Shown in pieces: positions 19,069 through 46,345 of a stretch of DNA of 64,000 nucleotides. Source of the stretch: the human T2T-CHM13v2.0 reference genome, Homo sapiens; the NCBI RefSeq assembly GCF_009914755.1, contig NC_060936.1; one strand, written 5' to 3'. The translations under genes were made by a program, and so were the position numbers. Within the stretch, counting starts at the first letter, position 1. Every line of letters begins with the position of its first letter. The notes under the pieces were generated by a model, which was not told where the DNA came from, did not search any database, and was given only the letters and a program-made list of their open reading frames with translations.

Positions 19069-20370
19069 TCATGCTAAGGGAAGGAAATAGAGTTAAAAGC
19101 AAAACATTCAAGATTCTTAGGGTGATTGGTAGGCCAGATTGTTTAGTGCCTTGCCTTGTGCTCCCTAAAAATACAGTCACAAAGTGTTCTTTCTTCCTTG
19201 ACAAGATAGAGTCCAAATGCTCAGAGCAGCTGAGACTGGGGATGCCCAGGTTTTCATATCAACATAAGGCACAGAGTGGTGTTGCATGATCCAAACCAGA
19301 CGGCTGTGTGTCGGTGCAGTCGGGGGCCTTGACCTTTGTTTCTAGTCCATGTTTTTATGCATGTAAATTCTCCCCTAGATAGTAATCTCCTTGGAGACTG
19401 GACCATATCTTCAGTTCACTTTGCATCTCTCCTAGCTGCAGGGCACAGCATTTGTGGGACTAAACATTTCATAGACATGTCTGGAAACAGCTAGTTGGGC
19501 AGCTTTGAGACAGGAAGGTAGCCCTCTACAGAGAGACCCGGAGCTGCAGCTTCCTGCTGCTCCTCATCCAGCCAGTGTTCACCTTTGGCTGAACTCTTAA
19601 ACAGGACCTTCGTTGGCATTACAGGAAGAAGGAGAGGGGCCAGGATGATTGCAGGCCAGAGTGTTGTTATCCCCTGCTGTGCAGAGGACCAGACGTGGCA
19701 TCATGGGCTTCATCCTCTGTGGGAGCATTGATGGGCATTGAGCTTTAGGCTGAAGCCTGCCCTGATAGATGACAAAGTGAATAGTCACTTGCACCAGACT
19801 GCTGGAAAGAACCCGAGTTGTCATGTTGATCTCAGGCCTAATTAGTGTGCTGCTCACTTAATCTGGGAGACGCTGGGTAAAAGGGACTGGGAGAAAATGT
19901 ACACGAAGCAGCCCCTTTCTTAGGGACTTAAGTGGGAACAGAATCAATTGTGCATCTGAGCTACTTTCCCATCGTTGGGAGGAGGAAGGGAGAAGTGACT
20001 GATGGTCTTGATTTGGACAACAGGTGCCTCGGAAACCCAGCCAGAATCTTGGCGTGCTGCAGCTGCTGAGGGGCCACTCTCCCAAGCTGCAACTCTCCCT
20101 CGCACCAGCTTTTGGAAGTTACAGAGACCCATTAGAGAGAAGACTTTGGACTCATGACTGGAGCCTTCCAGCCAAGAGTCCATTAAAATATTTTCCAACA
20201 TGTGCTGAGAACATTTTAGCAACCATTCCAACAAAGAAGCTTCCATTTGGTTTTAGTAACAATAGCTAGGAACCAGTGCTTATTTCTATTATTTCAGTAT
20301 GTAATGTACATATTTTCCCCCACTTTGGAGACAATCTGAGCCTCTACCGCTGGACAGCTCTGCTCTACCC

Positions 20371-21739
<1,369 letters not shown>

Positions 21740-21765
21740 CTACAGGTACCTACAGTTGGGTGCAG

Positions 21766-21824
21766 TGGGTGCAAAAGTAATCGCGGTTTTTTGTCATTGG
21801 CAAAACTTTTGCACCCGCCTAATA
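21766..21824. mobile_element. Internally deleted MADE1
   Basis: GGGTGCAAAAGT (21767-21778) and ACTTTTGCACCC (21805-21816) inverted; aatcgcggttttttg matches MADE1. Confidence 0.8.
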
Positions 21825-21876
21825 GATTTGGCAAAAGGCTGGCCCAGTTTCTCTCAGTAAACCAGCTTCGGTCATT

Positions 21877-22710
<834 letters not shown>

Positions 22711-23308
22711 CAGCCATGCTGGAAACAGTTAAATGAGGCATACAGAGAGGAGCCCTCTTTTTACTTGTTTTCTGACAGCAAGGCTATAGTGCAGGACAAG
22801 AAGACACTTGAATGGCAGTGGCACCTTCTCCTCTTAGTCTGAAACCATAGTTTCCCTGTAAGTACAGGTATGAGAGACGAGTTCTCTTTTCAGTCTACAT
22901 AGTAATGTCCTGGAGGAATAGAATAATTCCCTTTTGTAACTAAGCTCACCACCAGGCAGAGTAGGCACTCACATATATAATGAGGTGGGGACACAGCCTC
23001 ACAGATCATGGTGACAGCAGAGTTAATGGAAAGATGGCTTTAAAACCACATCTTTGAAATTCTGACTCTTCTTTGACGAATTAGCTTTGTGAGTTTCGAT
23101 AAATTAAGCTGAGGGAAATAAATCTATCTTATGGAGCTGTTTTATCCTCCTAAAATGATAATTACAAGCATCTTTATATCTCTCTATCCTTTGAGAACCT
23201 ATCATCATCAGTTAGAGGTGCAGGTTATGATGACATATATGGATATCAGTCTCACCAGCAGGTGATCATGAAATCTTCCTCTCAAAGACTAAGATTTAGA
23301 ATTGTTAA

Positions 23309-24121
<813 letters not shown>

Positions 24122-24749
24122 TCCACTGGTGGTAGAGGAAGATGAAACAAACACTACTTCTGTAGGGAATTTGGTTCTACAGGGCAGGCACCAGTTTCAG
24201 TGGGAATAGCTGGGATAAGTTAAAAAAAAAAAGGATCTAATGGAGTCTGTATTTATCTTCATTCCGAGTCTATGCAAGTGAAGATTCTCTTCCTCCTTGT
24301 TGATGGCTTGACTGTGATGTAATCAAATTTCCAATGTTTAGGATGGTAATTTAGTGACTTTACGGGTGCTCTGTACCATCTTGCGTTTCTATTAGTATTT
24401 GGTCAGTGATCACAGGGGCTCTTCTTTCTCTGCCACCTTTCTCTAGTATTTAGACAAAGGCCAGACCAGGTAGCTCTCAACACTAAATCTGACCCGATGC
24501 TTAATCTTGTTATCCTTTCCCTTTTCATCACTTTAAGTTCTTGATGTCTTGTCTTGAAATATGGAAGGCCAGCACCCACTTCTCTTTCCCATGTTTCTTT
24601 TGGCCTTAGGTCCCAGGTAAAAAAAAAAAATCTCACTTAAGCATTTAGGTCTACAATTGCTATTCTTGGCCTGATCTAGCATTCTAGCCCTTCTGGAGGG
24701 GGAAGAAACATCCAGCCAGGTGATCCCCTGCTACTGAACAGTTGACAGC

Positions 24750-25660
<911 letters not shown>

Positions 25661-25949
25661 AAATGACCTTAAAATTGTGATATATCCAAATCCCCTATTA
25701 TTTTTCAGTTTTACAATTTAAATATTTTTTATAGTGACAGAATCTCGCTATGTTGCCCAGGCTGGTCTTCCAACTCCAGAGCTCGAGTGATCCTCCTGCT
25801 GGGGTCTCAAAATGCCGAGATTAAAGGCGTGAACCATTGCCCCTGGCCCAAATCACCTGTTTTTCTGATAGTAATCTGGCAATTTTATGAGTGTCTAGCA
25901 TTGTTTTCTATGTGGTCTTCAGAATTGCTAAGATATGAGGCAACCTATA

Positions 25950-26140
25950 AGCTCTGGAGTTGGCAAATTATGACCTACTTGTTTTTGAAAATAAAATTGT
26001 ATTGGAACACAGCCACACACTTATCCATTTTCTATGGCTACTTTTGTGTTATAACAGCAGAGGTAAATAGCTGTGACAGTGAACACATGGCCTGGCAGCC
26101 TAAAATACTGGCCGTCTATCCCTATAAGAAGTTTGTTGAC
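25950..26140. mobile_element. MER58-like hAT MITE
   Basis: ggagttggcaaattatg...aataaaattgtattggaacacagccac. Confidence 0.75.
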
Positions 26141-26490
26141 CCCGTAAGAAGTCATTCCTCATCTAGAGCAATGGATCACATGGCAAAGCACCTTTGAAGG
26201 CGAGCCTAGTCTGTTTGAAAGCCAGCCAAGATAAGACTTTTTCTCCAAAGCTGTAAATACATACAGATTTATCAGGAAATATTTTCTACATGGTGCTTCA
26301 TTCAGGGGTTATCAGTAGGGGCCATGTATGTAAGAGCTATACAGGTAGAGACTATAGGATCTGACTAGAAAGCCCATTTCTAGTACTAGGTGAGTGATTA
26401 AAACAAACTGCATCAGAAGAAAGCATCTTGTCAAAATTACTACTTGTGAACTAAAACAAAGGACACATTCCCACTAGAACAGAAATAAAT

Positions 26491-26496
26491 TTTAAT
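26491..26496 (-). terminator. GNS: Probable distal GNS poly(A) signal ATTAAA
   Basis: tttaat on + strand; minus strand downstream reads tgtgtcctttgttttagtt. Confidence 0.65.
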
Positions 26497-26875
26497 TCAT
26501 TGAAAAGTGCAGCAGTGAACAGGGTCCTTTTGAAGGGCACTTTCTAAGTCAAATGACTGAGATGACACAGAGCAAGGGCAGAATAGGAACAGAGGATGCA
26601 AACACAGGAAGTTACAAAATTCAGTGGGAACTAAGTGGTGGTAAAACTCAAGAACCCAACTCTACCCATCTAATTCCATTGGTGGATCAGTTGAATTAAC
26701 TTTTGCTTTCTTTAGGATGAATCCTGGGACAACTTTCCTTTAAAAAAGCACTAAACCTTAGTTTAGACACTTAATAAGTTTAAGAACACTTCTCACAGAA
26801 TAAGGTAAAACTTCCATGGCTATCATTACTATTTTGTACAACAGCCCTAGTGTTGTCAATTAAAATGTGTTTGCA

Positions 26876-27164
<289 letters not shown>

Positions 27165-27771
27165 GTGTTTGCAACAGCACCATTTGTCAAATTCAAAGAT
27201 GCTCAAAAGGTGTTCCCTACTTTGCATGAGAGGGAGAGCTTTGTAACAGGAAATTGTATAAGGCAAACTCTCTATTCATTCCTAAGGCCTCTGTTCATTC
27301 CTAATGTTTACATGGTTCTCTACTCTGAAGGGCACCAACATGGACCTCACCTTCTTAACATGGAAAATCAAAATCTAAATGAATACAATTAAAAGGAGGC
27401 AGCAACCTTCTTGCAGTGGGTCCCTTAAACATTATGAAAACATCAGTGCATTGTGTAGTCTGTTACGCTATAAACTGAGGTCTCTTTATGAAAGATTATT
27501 TTAGCACAAATTCAGAATGAAGCCAGTCCAAGAAAAAAAGAATTGGAAGCTATTTGAAGGTTAGATAGGAAATATACCAAAAATAGAAGAGCGTAGAGAG
27601 GGCTGCACCACATCCTACCACGCAAGCACACCCACTGAACTGAGTAAGAGTGGCGTGGCTGAGGTGCCGTCAGCAGCTGACTATGTCACTCTTATGAGTT
27701 CTGCTCAGGAACAAGCATAAAACTGAATAATATGACATCACAGTCCAAGACCTGGTAAGAGTTGGTTTCTT

Positions 27772-27777
27772 TTTATT
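27772..27777 (-). terminator. GNS: Candidate proximal GNS poly(A) signal AATAAA
   Basis: tttatt on + strand inside the 3'UTR. Confidence 0.45.
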
Positions 27778-28261
27778 TGGAAATAACTATGGTCAACTTT
27801 CATTAATGTGGAAGTTGACTGATAATGTTAAGAGTCAAAGTGAAAAAGAAAGCCGATACCCATATTCAACAGTGCTTTCAGTTACAACATTTTTTGAATT
27901 TCCTTCTCTAAAACATTCACAGCAGAGGTGTCCATTTCACTTGCCTGTTTCACCTCTAGATACCACCACAGTTGCTGGGGTCATGTGAGGTAAAGGAATA
28001 TATCCAATTGACTGTTAGCCCAACATGACTATCTGCAATTCTGATAGAAAAGCTACTTTCAGCCATGTCTTACAAAGTGCTTAAAGCTGGACAGAAGACT
28101 TTAAATAAAGCTAAAATCGCTTATTGCCTGAGTTGAACAAGTTACAAACCACAGCTCTTCCTCCTCCCCTGCTGTCTCACCACCAATTAGCCTTCTTGTG
28201 AGGACAACATTAGAAATGGAACTGGTTTTTGAGCCAAGAAACATAAAAATTTAGGTGTTCT

Positions 28262-28575
<314 letters not shown>

Positions 28576-29766
28576 TCAACAGTGAAGAAACCTGAATAGA
28601 TTTGATTTTGACAGGGGAATACTGATAATCATACAAGACTCCAAAACTCAGGAAGAACCCATCTAAAAGGGGAGAAGGTAGGGTAAAGTAGTTGATACTT
28701 TGCATCAACTGTAAGAAAATTTTCCACCTTAAAACAAATGAAGAGAATGACAGAAAAATGCAGATAGAGCCAATGACTTCATACATGGAACTTAAATTCA
28801 AGCTCCCTGCTGGACAGGCACTTCTTTCCTTTATCCCTGGTACAGCCCTTCCACTTGTCTGTTCAAGAGCCCTGTCTTCAGAAGGCCCTCGGAAGAGACA
28901 ACCTTCACCAACTCTTGGCAGTTCTTCACTGCTGATGTTCCTAAGCCACTTCATTTTTCAGATCTCAGAGGGGAGTCTCAAGAGAAGGGACCTTGCCTTA
29001 ATCCTTCCAGTGTTAACTGGCACTCCCTGTGGTTGGCAGCCACTGGAAAGTAGATGGCTATCACCTTCAAGAGCTACCTGGAATTGGCCTTTATCACAAG
29101 CTTACTGCTCTATTTCAGTGCAGCACCAGCCTAGAATTCACAAAAACATGAACAGAGCTTGGGTGACATGTTTTGAATTTGCAACCTTACCACACTGTGA
29201 TGAACATCATAAAAAATGTATCTCTACTTATCAATCAACAATGGTACTTGTTCTTACTTGGATGATTCAGCTCTGATGGTTACTCTTCAAGCCATGTGAT
29301 GTTAGTATTTTTGATAGTGAAGTGCTCAATCTGAAATGCTACACAGGTCCTTTGACTTTAGGTCAAGCTTACATATCAAAAGGTGTATCTGTGTGTTTGT
29401 GTGTGTCCTAAAGTACTGCCATTTATCTGAATGGGTTTACAAATTCAGTCTTTAACCACAAGAGGAATAATCAAGAACTGTGGCCCCAGGATAAAAAGAA
29501 TACAGTGAGAACAAAGACCTCAGGAGTGTCCTTGTCAGCTAAAGGAAGAGACCAGAGACAGCCACTCCTGACACATGGGCAGAGTTCACAGTTTAACACA
29601 TTGCACGAGGAAGTCAGCTGACTGGGTTGCTTTTTCAAACAGGACTTAAAGCCAGCCCAGAAACTCTTCCAGGTGTGGTCTTGAAGACTAGCTACAGACA
29701 CCTACTACAATCACTTCATCAGAAAGAGGCGTGCAGGGATCCATCTGCAGAGGCTGTGTGAGGTCG

Positions 29767-29871
<105 letters not shown>

Positions 29872-30162
29872 TTAGCTCTCACTAGCTTCTCACTCAGAAT
29901 ATTATTCAGTGGAAAGGATAGCAGGAAGGGGTGTAAAAGAAACAAATCACCAGAAGGGACTCTAGTGAGAAAGTCTATGGTACAAAACATGAGCCCTCGA
30001 CAGTTCCGAACATTTCTATCACCAGTCAGCACACACAAAGTCACACAGTGCAAGTCAAGAGGAGAAAAACAAGTAGGTTAGTCTTGAAAGGTGTCAGAAG
30101 GCAGCAAGATTTGAGATTTTTTTCTTTTGAGGGAGTAGGGGTGGATCAACTGTTACATTATT

Positions 30163-30943
<781 letters not shown>

Positions 30944-30954
30944 CATTTTAGAAC

Positions 30955-31150
30955 TGCAATTGACCAAGATTTTTTGTAAAGGGCCAGATAATAAATATTT
31001 TAGGGTATGGGAGCCATACAGTCTCTGTCCCAACCATTCTCCTTTGCTGCTGAAGCACACAAGCAGCCAAAACCAGGTAAACGAATGTGTGAGGCTGTGT
31101 TCCCGCAGGTGGGGCTAGATTGGGCTCACAGGATCTGGTCTGATGACCCC
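30955..31150. mobile_element. MER58A-like
   Basis: tgtaaagggccagataataaatattttagg. Confidence 0.75.
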
Positions 31151-31164
31151 ATTTTGGAGGACTC

Positions 31165-31344
31165 AACAGGCCCAAATGTTTGATAGGAAAGGAATAATCA
31201 GGGCTAAGGAATTTAAAACAGAAAATCAGGTTAAGTTTAAGTAGTTCAGGCTAACAGGCCCAAATGTTTGATAGGAAAGGAATAATCAGGGCTAAGGAAT
31301 TTAAAACAGAAAATCAGGTTAAGTTTAAGTAGTTCAGGCTAACA
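31165..31344. repeat. Perfect 88-bp tandem duplication
   Basis: Copies at 31165-31252 and 31253-31340, plus trailing AACA. Confidence 0.97.
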
Positions 31345-33038
31345 TCAGCAAAGCCAGCATCTAGCACTTTAGTTATAAGCTTCTAAAATGTGAGGAAGAC
31401 AATTTGTTGCAGTTAAAAACCAAACAAAACTTGCTTAGGAAATAACGTATTCACTTCCTTATAGGGTGACCCTTGGGCAAATCACAACTGCAAGCTCAGT
31501 TTCCTCATTTGAAATTTACCTGTTTGGGCTCTAAGGGCTGTGTGGAAATTCTATGAATTCTAACACTTAGAGCCAGATGTTCAGAAGAAACAGACAGCTG
31601 GCTCCATCTACCTTGCATTGGCCAACCAGATGCCAGCCTGGCAGGTCCATGTCCTAGCAGTGGCATGGTCAGGGACTGTTTGGCCACACATCATAATCCA
31701 AGAGGTCCAGTCCCTTGACCCTCCATTTAAGATTTAATCAGATGCTGGCTTTAAGTTCCCAGAGTCAGCCAGGGAGTACATGGTTAAAAAACATTAACTG
31801 CTATCGACATCTAACTTAATTTGGTTTAAAAGAACATTCTGAGCTAAGTAACTGTTGGAAATTGCAAAGTCAGCACATGTAAACTGGAAGTCTTGTGCTT
31901 TTATTTTAGGGACTGGACTTCCTATTTCAGGTAACTGGTACCAAGCTAGGATCTATTTCACTAACTTGGAGGAAAGACCAAAGGAAAGACCAATGGTCAA
32001 AATTCTTGACCATTCTTATTGTACTAATGGGATTATCCATATAAAAACAGTTATTTCATTTAAGTGATATAAAATAATAAATATTATCTTTTTATATTGT
32101 TACCTGGCTTTAGTTTACTGGTGTCCATGCCACTTTGGCACTATATACATTATTTAAAAGCAAACAATGAACAGTCTATCATCGAGTTTTTCTACTCATT
32201 CACATTCATTTGTCTCTAATTTGGACTAAAGATAAAATTTAATACAAAGACGGCTAAAAAATTAAGTGATAACTTTCCATCAACTTAGGACATCATTCTT
32301 CCCTCTCTTACAGTCTGAAGGTAGGAACTAAAATATTCCTTTCCCAGTGAAAGTTTGATTTTTAAACTTCATGATCTTCAAGCAAAAGATAAATGACAAG
32401 CTTCCTGCCACCAGCAGCTCAAATGCATGGTGTACTGACACCCAGTGTTACTGCTGAAAAGTTACTAAGAAGGACCGTGTGGGGAACAAATCTGACATAG
32501 CAGGTGACAGCTAAACATCCTTTATACCTCCATATCGTGCAATGGGCTTATATATTTCAACATCTGAGTTTACACCTTCTATTTTCATTGTGTGTTTAAT
32601 ATATTAAATTCACCAGCAAACATTCAAGTTTCTGTAGTAGGGGTTTCTGAGAAATGAAATGAAGGCATATACTCTTGCAAGCTCTAGGGAACAGGTGAAC
32701 AGGGCAGCAGTGGGTCGCAGCTTACTTAAAGAAGCCCCAAGTGTCACCAATGCAAACAAGTGGTACCATGACAATAATCACAGCACGAAAATAACAAGAG
32801 CCCCATGTTTGGTGGGGAGCAGGGCTGTACCTCTGGCTAAAGTAACAACTGGCAGTGGAGAACAAAAGTTTCAAAAGCTTGATTTTCCCAGCACAACGGG
32901 CTGATGCAATTAGAACACAGTATTCCCTCTAAAGCAGAAGAATCATCATCTCACAGCAAAAAGGGCTCCCTTTGCCTTCAAGAACAGCATGTCTACTAGA
33001 AAAAACTTGGCCAAGTAAATGAAGAGAAAGGAAACTTA

Positions 33039-33200
<162 letters not shown>

Positions 33201-34540
33201 CTAGAGGACATGAAAGAATGGAGGAAAGAAAAGAGCAAAGGTTAGCCGTGAAGAAATACTCTTAACGTGACTTATTTCTAAAGGGGAAGGGAGGAGGTAG
33301 ATTAAAAAAAAAAAAAATCAAGGCCCTGGAGACTCTCAATCTGTTTTCAAGATCCTCAAAGAGCTCACTGCTTCCTTGAGATGAGGGAGCATCTGTTCTG
33401 GGGGTTCAGTTGCTTCGGGTCTCTAGCCACATGCTAAAAAGGGGCCCCTGCACACCCTGTGCCTTCAGGCAGAGGCAAGAGAGGGTATGGGGAAGAAATG
33501 CATTATCTTCTGTAATTAGAACAGAAAGCAGGAGCCTCCAATGGCAAGGTCTCAGAAACAAGACTTGGCAATAAAGTTACTAAAGTGAGAGCGAATATTT
33601 AAAGGTGATTTTTGCCCTAGAATTGTGAAGTTCAAATGAGAATGATATGAAAGTACTCTTGCCTGTGTTATACAAATGTTAAGTTTTCCTATTTTAAAAA
33701 GTAATTGTGGATATATTGGGGAAGGACACAATACTAATTATTATTTCTAAAATAAGACAGGTCTAACGCAGTACTTTTCCCTCTATAATCTGTATGCTGT
33801 TCTCCAAATTGGAGTCAAATGTGAGGCTAGAAAGATGGTAGGTAATTTTGCCTATAATGGCTTCAGGTAGCTGCCCTCACTCACACAATCACTTATAAAG
33901 TAGTTATCAAACTGATAAACATTATGGGGGAGCAGGGAACAGGAACTGAGTTTGAGGAAAGCTCTCTTGCTTGTTGTCCAAAGTGCTTATCAGCTGCAAA
34001 TGGAGTGGAGAATGAGTCCATTTCTGAGAAACACAGATGGGCATCTGTTCCAGATGGTCAGATGAGGGTTGCCAGATGGGGCAGGTGAGCATATGCTGAT
34101 AAACAGTAAGAAACCACAAGGGACTAGAGTCCATGGGATCCTTCAGATAATCCATACCAACCTGTGTTGGCCAAAAACCACCTTCTTCCATGGATGGACT
34201 CCTGGGCCTCTGACCCCCACTCTAATCTATTACAGCAGCATTGGATTATGCTGTGGTGGGAACAGGAGTTTCCGAATACACCAGGTGCTGGTAAGCTTTC
34301 TAGAAAATGCTCCAACCAATCTACCAGGGAAGCTAACAGACAAAGCATTTATCATTCTGAAAACGTGAATTGTGCATTTAAAGTGTATATTTGGGTGGTG
34401 GTGGGAGTGGAGAGAACTCAATTCAGAAAGATTACAATTAGAGAAGTGAGACATGGCCTTACAACTGAAGGAAACCTAAAGTGAAGCACAGATAAGAAAC
34501 ACAACCTCTTCCCTAGGGAGCAGCCTTGGAATTGCTCTTA

Positions 34541-34786
<246 letters not shown>

Positions 34787-34998
34787 CTAGAAGGGCAATC
34801 GGCTTGGCTCATGCCGGACATGCAATTTGACAGCAATTAGAAAACCTTCCATGGGGAAGCCAGTAACTCAAAAACAGATGTGAGGTTTTGTTCCTTTGGC
34901 TAACTTGATCAAGGTATATGGGTTGTTCCATTTGTAGACTGTTGCCATCCTTGTCTGCTAAACTCCTGACAATAATTACTTAAAATGGGCACCTGTAA

Positions 34999-35335
<337 letters not shown>

Positions 35336-35984
35336 CAAATGACTTATTTCTAAGAGCTACTAGGAAATGTCACCCTAAGAAGTTGGAGGAGAAGGCTAAA
35401 ATGAGTTTTGTGGAGTCATGTGCAAGTAAGTTATTTATGAGTGTTCTTATCACCAGGTACGACTTAAATCTAATTTGTCTACCATATGATCTGTTATTGC
35501 ACTTTTGGTTGGTTCATTATACTGTAACACTTTGGTGTTAGAAGAATCAATCAACTCCAAGTGGAAGCCTATTTTCCCTTCTCCAAAGTGAGGCCAACAT
35601 GGCTGTTTCCCTCTTTGTGACCTGCCTGGCTGCCGCCAATGCGAGGCACTCATAATGGCATGGTTACAGGCAGGAACCACATCTGTCTACTGCATGCCTC
35701 AGTAACATTATCCCTAATTAAAAAAAAATGGTACTGTTATTGGGAGGGGTAGAAAAACAGGGAAGAGGAATTGATAAGAACACGGGTGGATACATGCACT
35801 TGCTACATAAATTGGAAGATTAACAGTGCACATTCTGATGACAGGTCAGCAGCATCATTTCCAAGATCACTGGATTTACCTTTGTCCATCTACTAACCAC
35901 TCACAGTCAGTGACAAAGGAACAGGACTCAGATGAAAGGTTTCAATATTTGACACATGGCAACCAGCACCTTGCCATGTTGTCA

Positions 35985-36131
<147 letters not shown>

Positions 36132-36559
36132 CTAGAAAGAAGAGCAAGTGGAATTTCTGTGATGCACATAGACTATGATAAAGATCACAAAGTAATTGAC
36201 TGCTAAAGGGGACCTGGGAGTCAAAAGTAATTGGACTGTTCATTCAGTAACTAAAGGGAATGACTAAAACAGGTACATATGAAAGCTACTGAGCAGTATG
36301 TTTGGTAGTTAAGGGCCTTTACAAACGATGGTGAAATGCTTTGAAAATTTAATAGTTCCTTCCCAAGGCTACTTCTGTGAATCAGGTCAGGAATGGAACC
36401 TGACAAGGTAGCTAAGCAAGAATCAAAGTCACAGTGCAAGTTGCTGAAAGTCCAGACTAGAATAAATAATACTGTCATATGCTCTATGTAAGAACTGTTT
36501 TAAGCTCAGACTAAGAAACTTATAACCTAATAGACACAAGGACAATAAAGAAATATTCC

Positions 36560-38570
<2,011 letters not shown>

Positions 38571-38659
38571 ATCAGTATTTCATCGGAATAGCCTCCAAAA
38601 ACAAAACATGAACAAGGAAAAGAACCACATCTTAGGTGGCACTTAGAGAACTGTGCAGA

Positions 38660-42065
<3,406 letters not shown>

Positions 42066-42769
42066 CTATGAGAATGAGGGAAAAACAATCTAGAACACAG
42101 CTGGTCTCATTTTCCTTTTCTACCTATACTAAAGTTCTCTTCCCCCCACCCCGCCCATGAGACAACAGCACTATTACCTTTTATACAGCCCATACTTTGG
42201 TCTGTTTCATAGATCCAAATATAACTATAATAACTTCAAACAAAATATAAAGGCTTATAAGGCTTGTATAATAGTATATCCCCCTGGCAAGTTACATATT
42301 TATTCTACCCATTCTGTTATTGATCAAAATGTTTTTTGAAAACTCCTTTGGGACTGCTTTGAGTTTGTTGCGAATCATGAGAAAAATGTTGGTCTAATTA
42401 TTTTATACAAAGTGTCTTACAACTTGATTATTCAGATTAACTAAGTTTGATTTCAAATGAACTCCAGACATTTTGGAAGGCCTCAAAAAAGGAATGCTTC
42501 CCATCAGTGAGAATTATTAGCTCTTTTTATAGCTTCTCAAAGGGACAACACTGCCAAAATATGTTTGCAACAGGCTGTGAAGGCTGCAGAAAATTTATTC
42601 CAAAAATGTAGCAATAAAAGTTTTTTTAAGAGCAAAAGACTTAGATGTTTTTAAACATTCTAGAAACTAAAGGCATTGTCCTGTATTTATACTTTGACTT
42701 ATTTCCTTGGTTATTAGACTATTTTCCTTCTGTAAGACAATGCCTCTACAGGGCCTAATCCAGAGTAGC

Positions 42770-43040
42770 CTAATGGAAATATAAAGGGGACCCCATATGT
42801 AATTAAAAATTGTCCAATAACCACATTAATAAAAACAGGTAAAACTGTATATATTTTAACCTCCTATAAAAATATCTGAATATTAATATTTCAACATGTA
42901 AACAATATTTTTTAAAAAATCAATGAGATTTAACTTTTTGTGAACCAAGCCTTTGAAATCTGGTATTTCACAATAATAATACATCTCCATTTGGACTATC
43001 CACATTTCAAGTGCTCGACAGCCACAAGTGGATAATGCAG
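42770..43040. mobile_element. MER3/MER33-like hAT relic
   Basis: cacatttcaagtgctcgacagccaca. Confidence 0.65.
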
Positions 43041-44040
43041 GCCTAGAGAGAATGTAAGCATAGAAGTCACTTGGTCACAGGCTAGAAAAATCTTCAAGCA
43101 CTGAAACAATCCATTGAGCGAAACAAAGAGGAAGTGAGAAAAACTGGAAACTAAAGTTTACTGTGCCAGGCATTTGACATTTATTCTCATTTATTCCTCA
43201 TCACAGTCCTTGGACACAGTGTTTATAGGTGAAGAAATGAAACACAAGTCACTGAAGCAAAGTTATCAGCTTATAACTGGAAAAGCCATTACTTACTGAC
43301 AGGAAGTAACAGTCTTCAAAACTGTTGAGAACATTTAGATCATCTTAGGAGAGGCCAAACAGGGAGATAAAACAAAACAAAAACACCCCAGCCCTGCCAC
43401 TTTTAATTTAAAAACAAAACCAAAAGTACAGATATGAAAGGCAAAAAAAAAAAAAAAAAAAAAAAGCTTCAGAATATTATCAGGGGCCAGGTTTCCTGAT
43501 GGCCAGGACAGCTCTTAGAGGGCAGAATGATAAATATCCTGGCCCTGAATCAATTAGTCTAACTCTGCAGCTGTCAGGTATTACCGCCCAAAGGCAGGCA
43601 CTTCAGGAGAAAGGCAATCCATATGTTACTCAGTGGGGGAAAAACCTCACACACAAAAAACGATGTCTCCAGGGATGATACAAGACCCACTGTTACAGAT
43701 AATTTTCCTGGTTCGAAGACCCCCAGGCAAACTGAGCAGCTTGGAAAACAGTCATCAAGTGTGAATGTCAATATGGAAGAGGTCACAGCAGGAAAGGAGG
43801 GTCAGAGAGAGATACCATCTCCAGAATGAGATCAAGACAACAAGCCATCTACAGACCCTGAAGTGTGACTAACAGATCTTCAGTGATATCTGTAAAATGA
43901 ATGAGGTGAAGCCAGTTCCTCAGATACTACTATGATGTCCAAGGCAGTTTTAAAAGAAAAGAGGAAACATAAAAAAACCCAGAGATATAAAATGGTGACT
44001 GTCATCTCACCAAAAATTGCAAGAGCCACCACCTGTATAA

Positions 44041-46345
<2,305 letters not shown>

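Noticed and set aside
19473-19482. Perfect p53 half-site AGACATGTCT
   Set aside because: No adjacent second half-site
28692-29276. 194-aa ORF antisense to the GNS 3'UTR
   Set aside because: No recognisable domain or promoter/splice context; TTG start; compatible with chance
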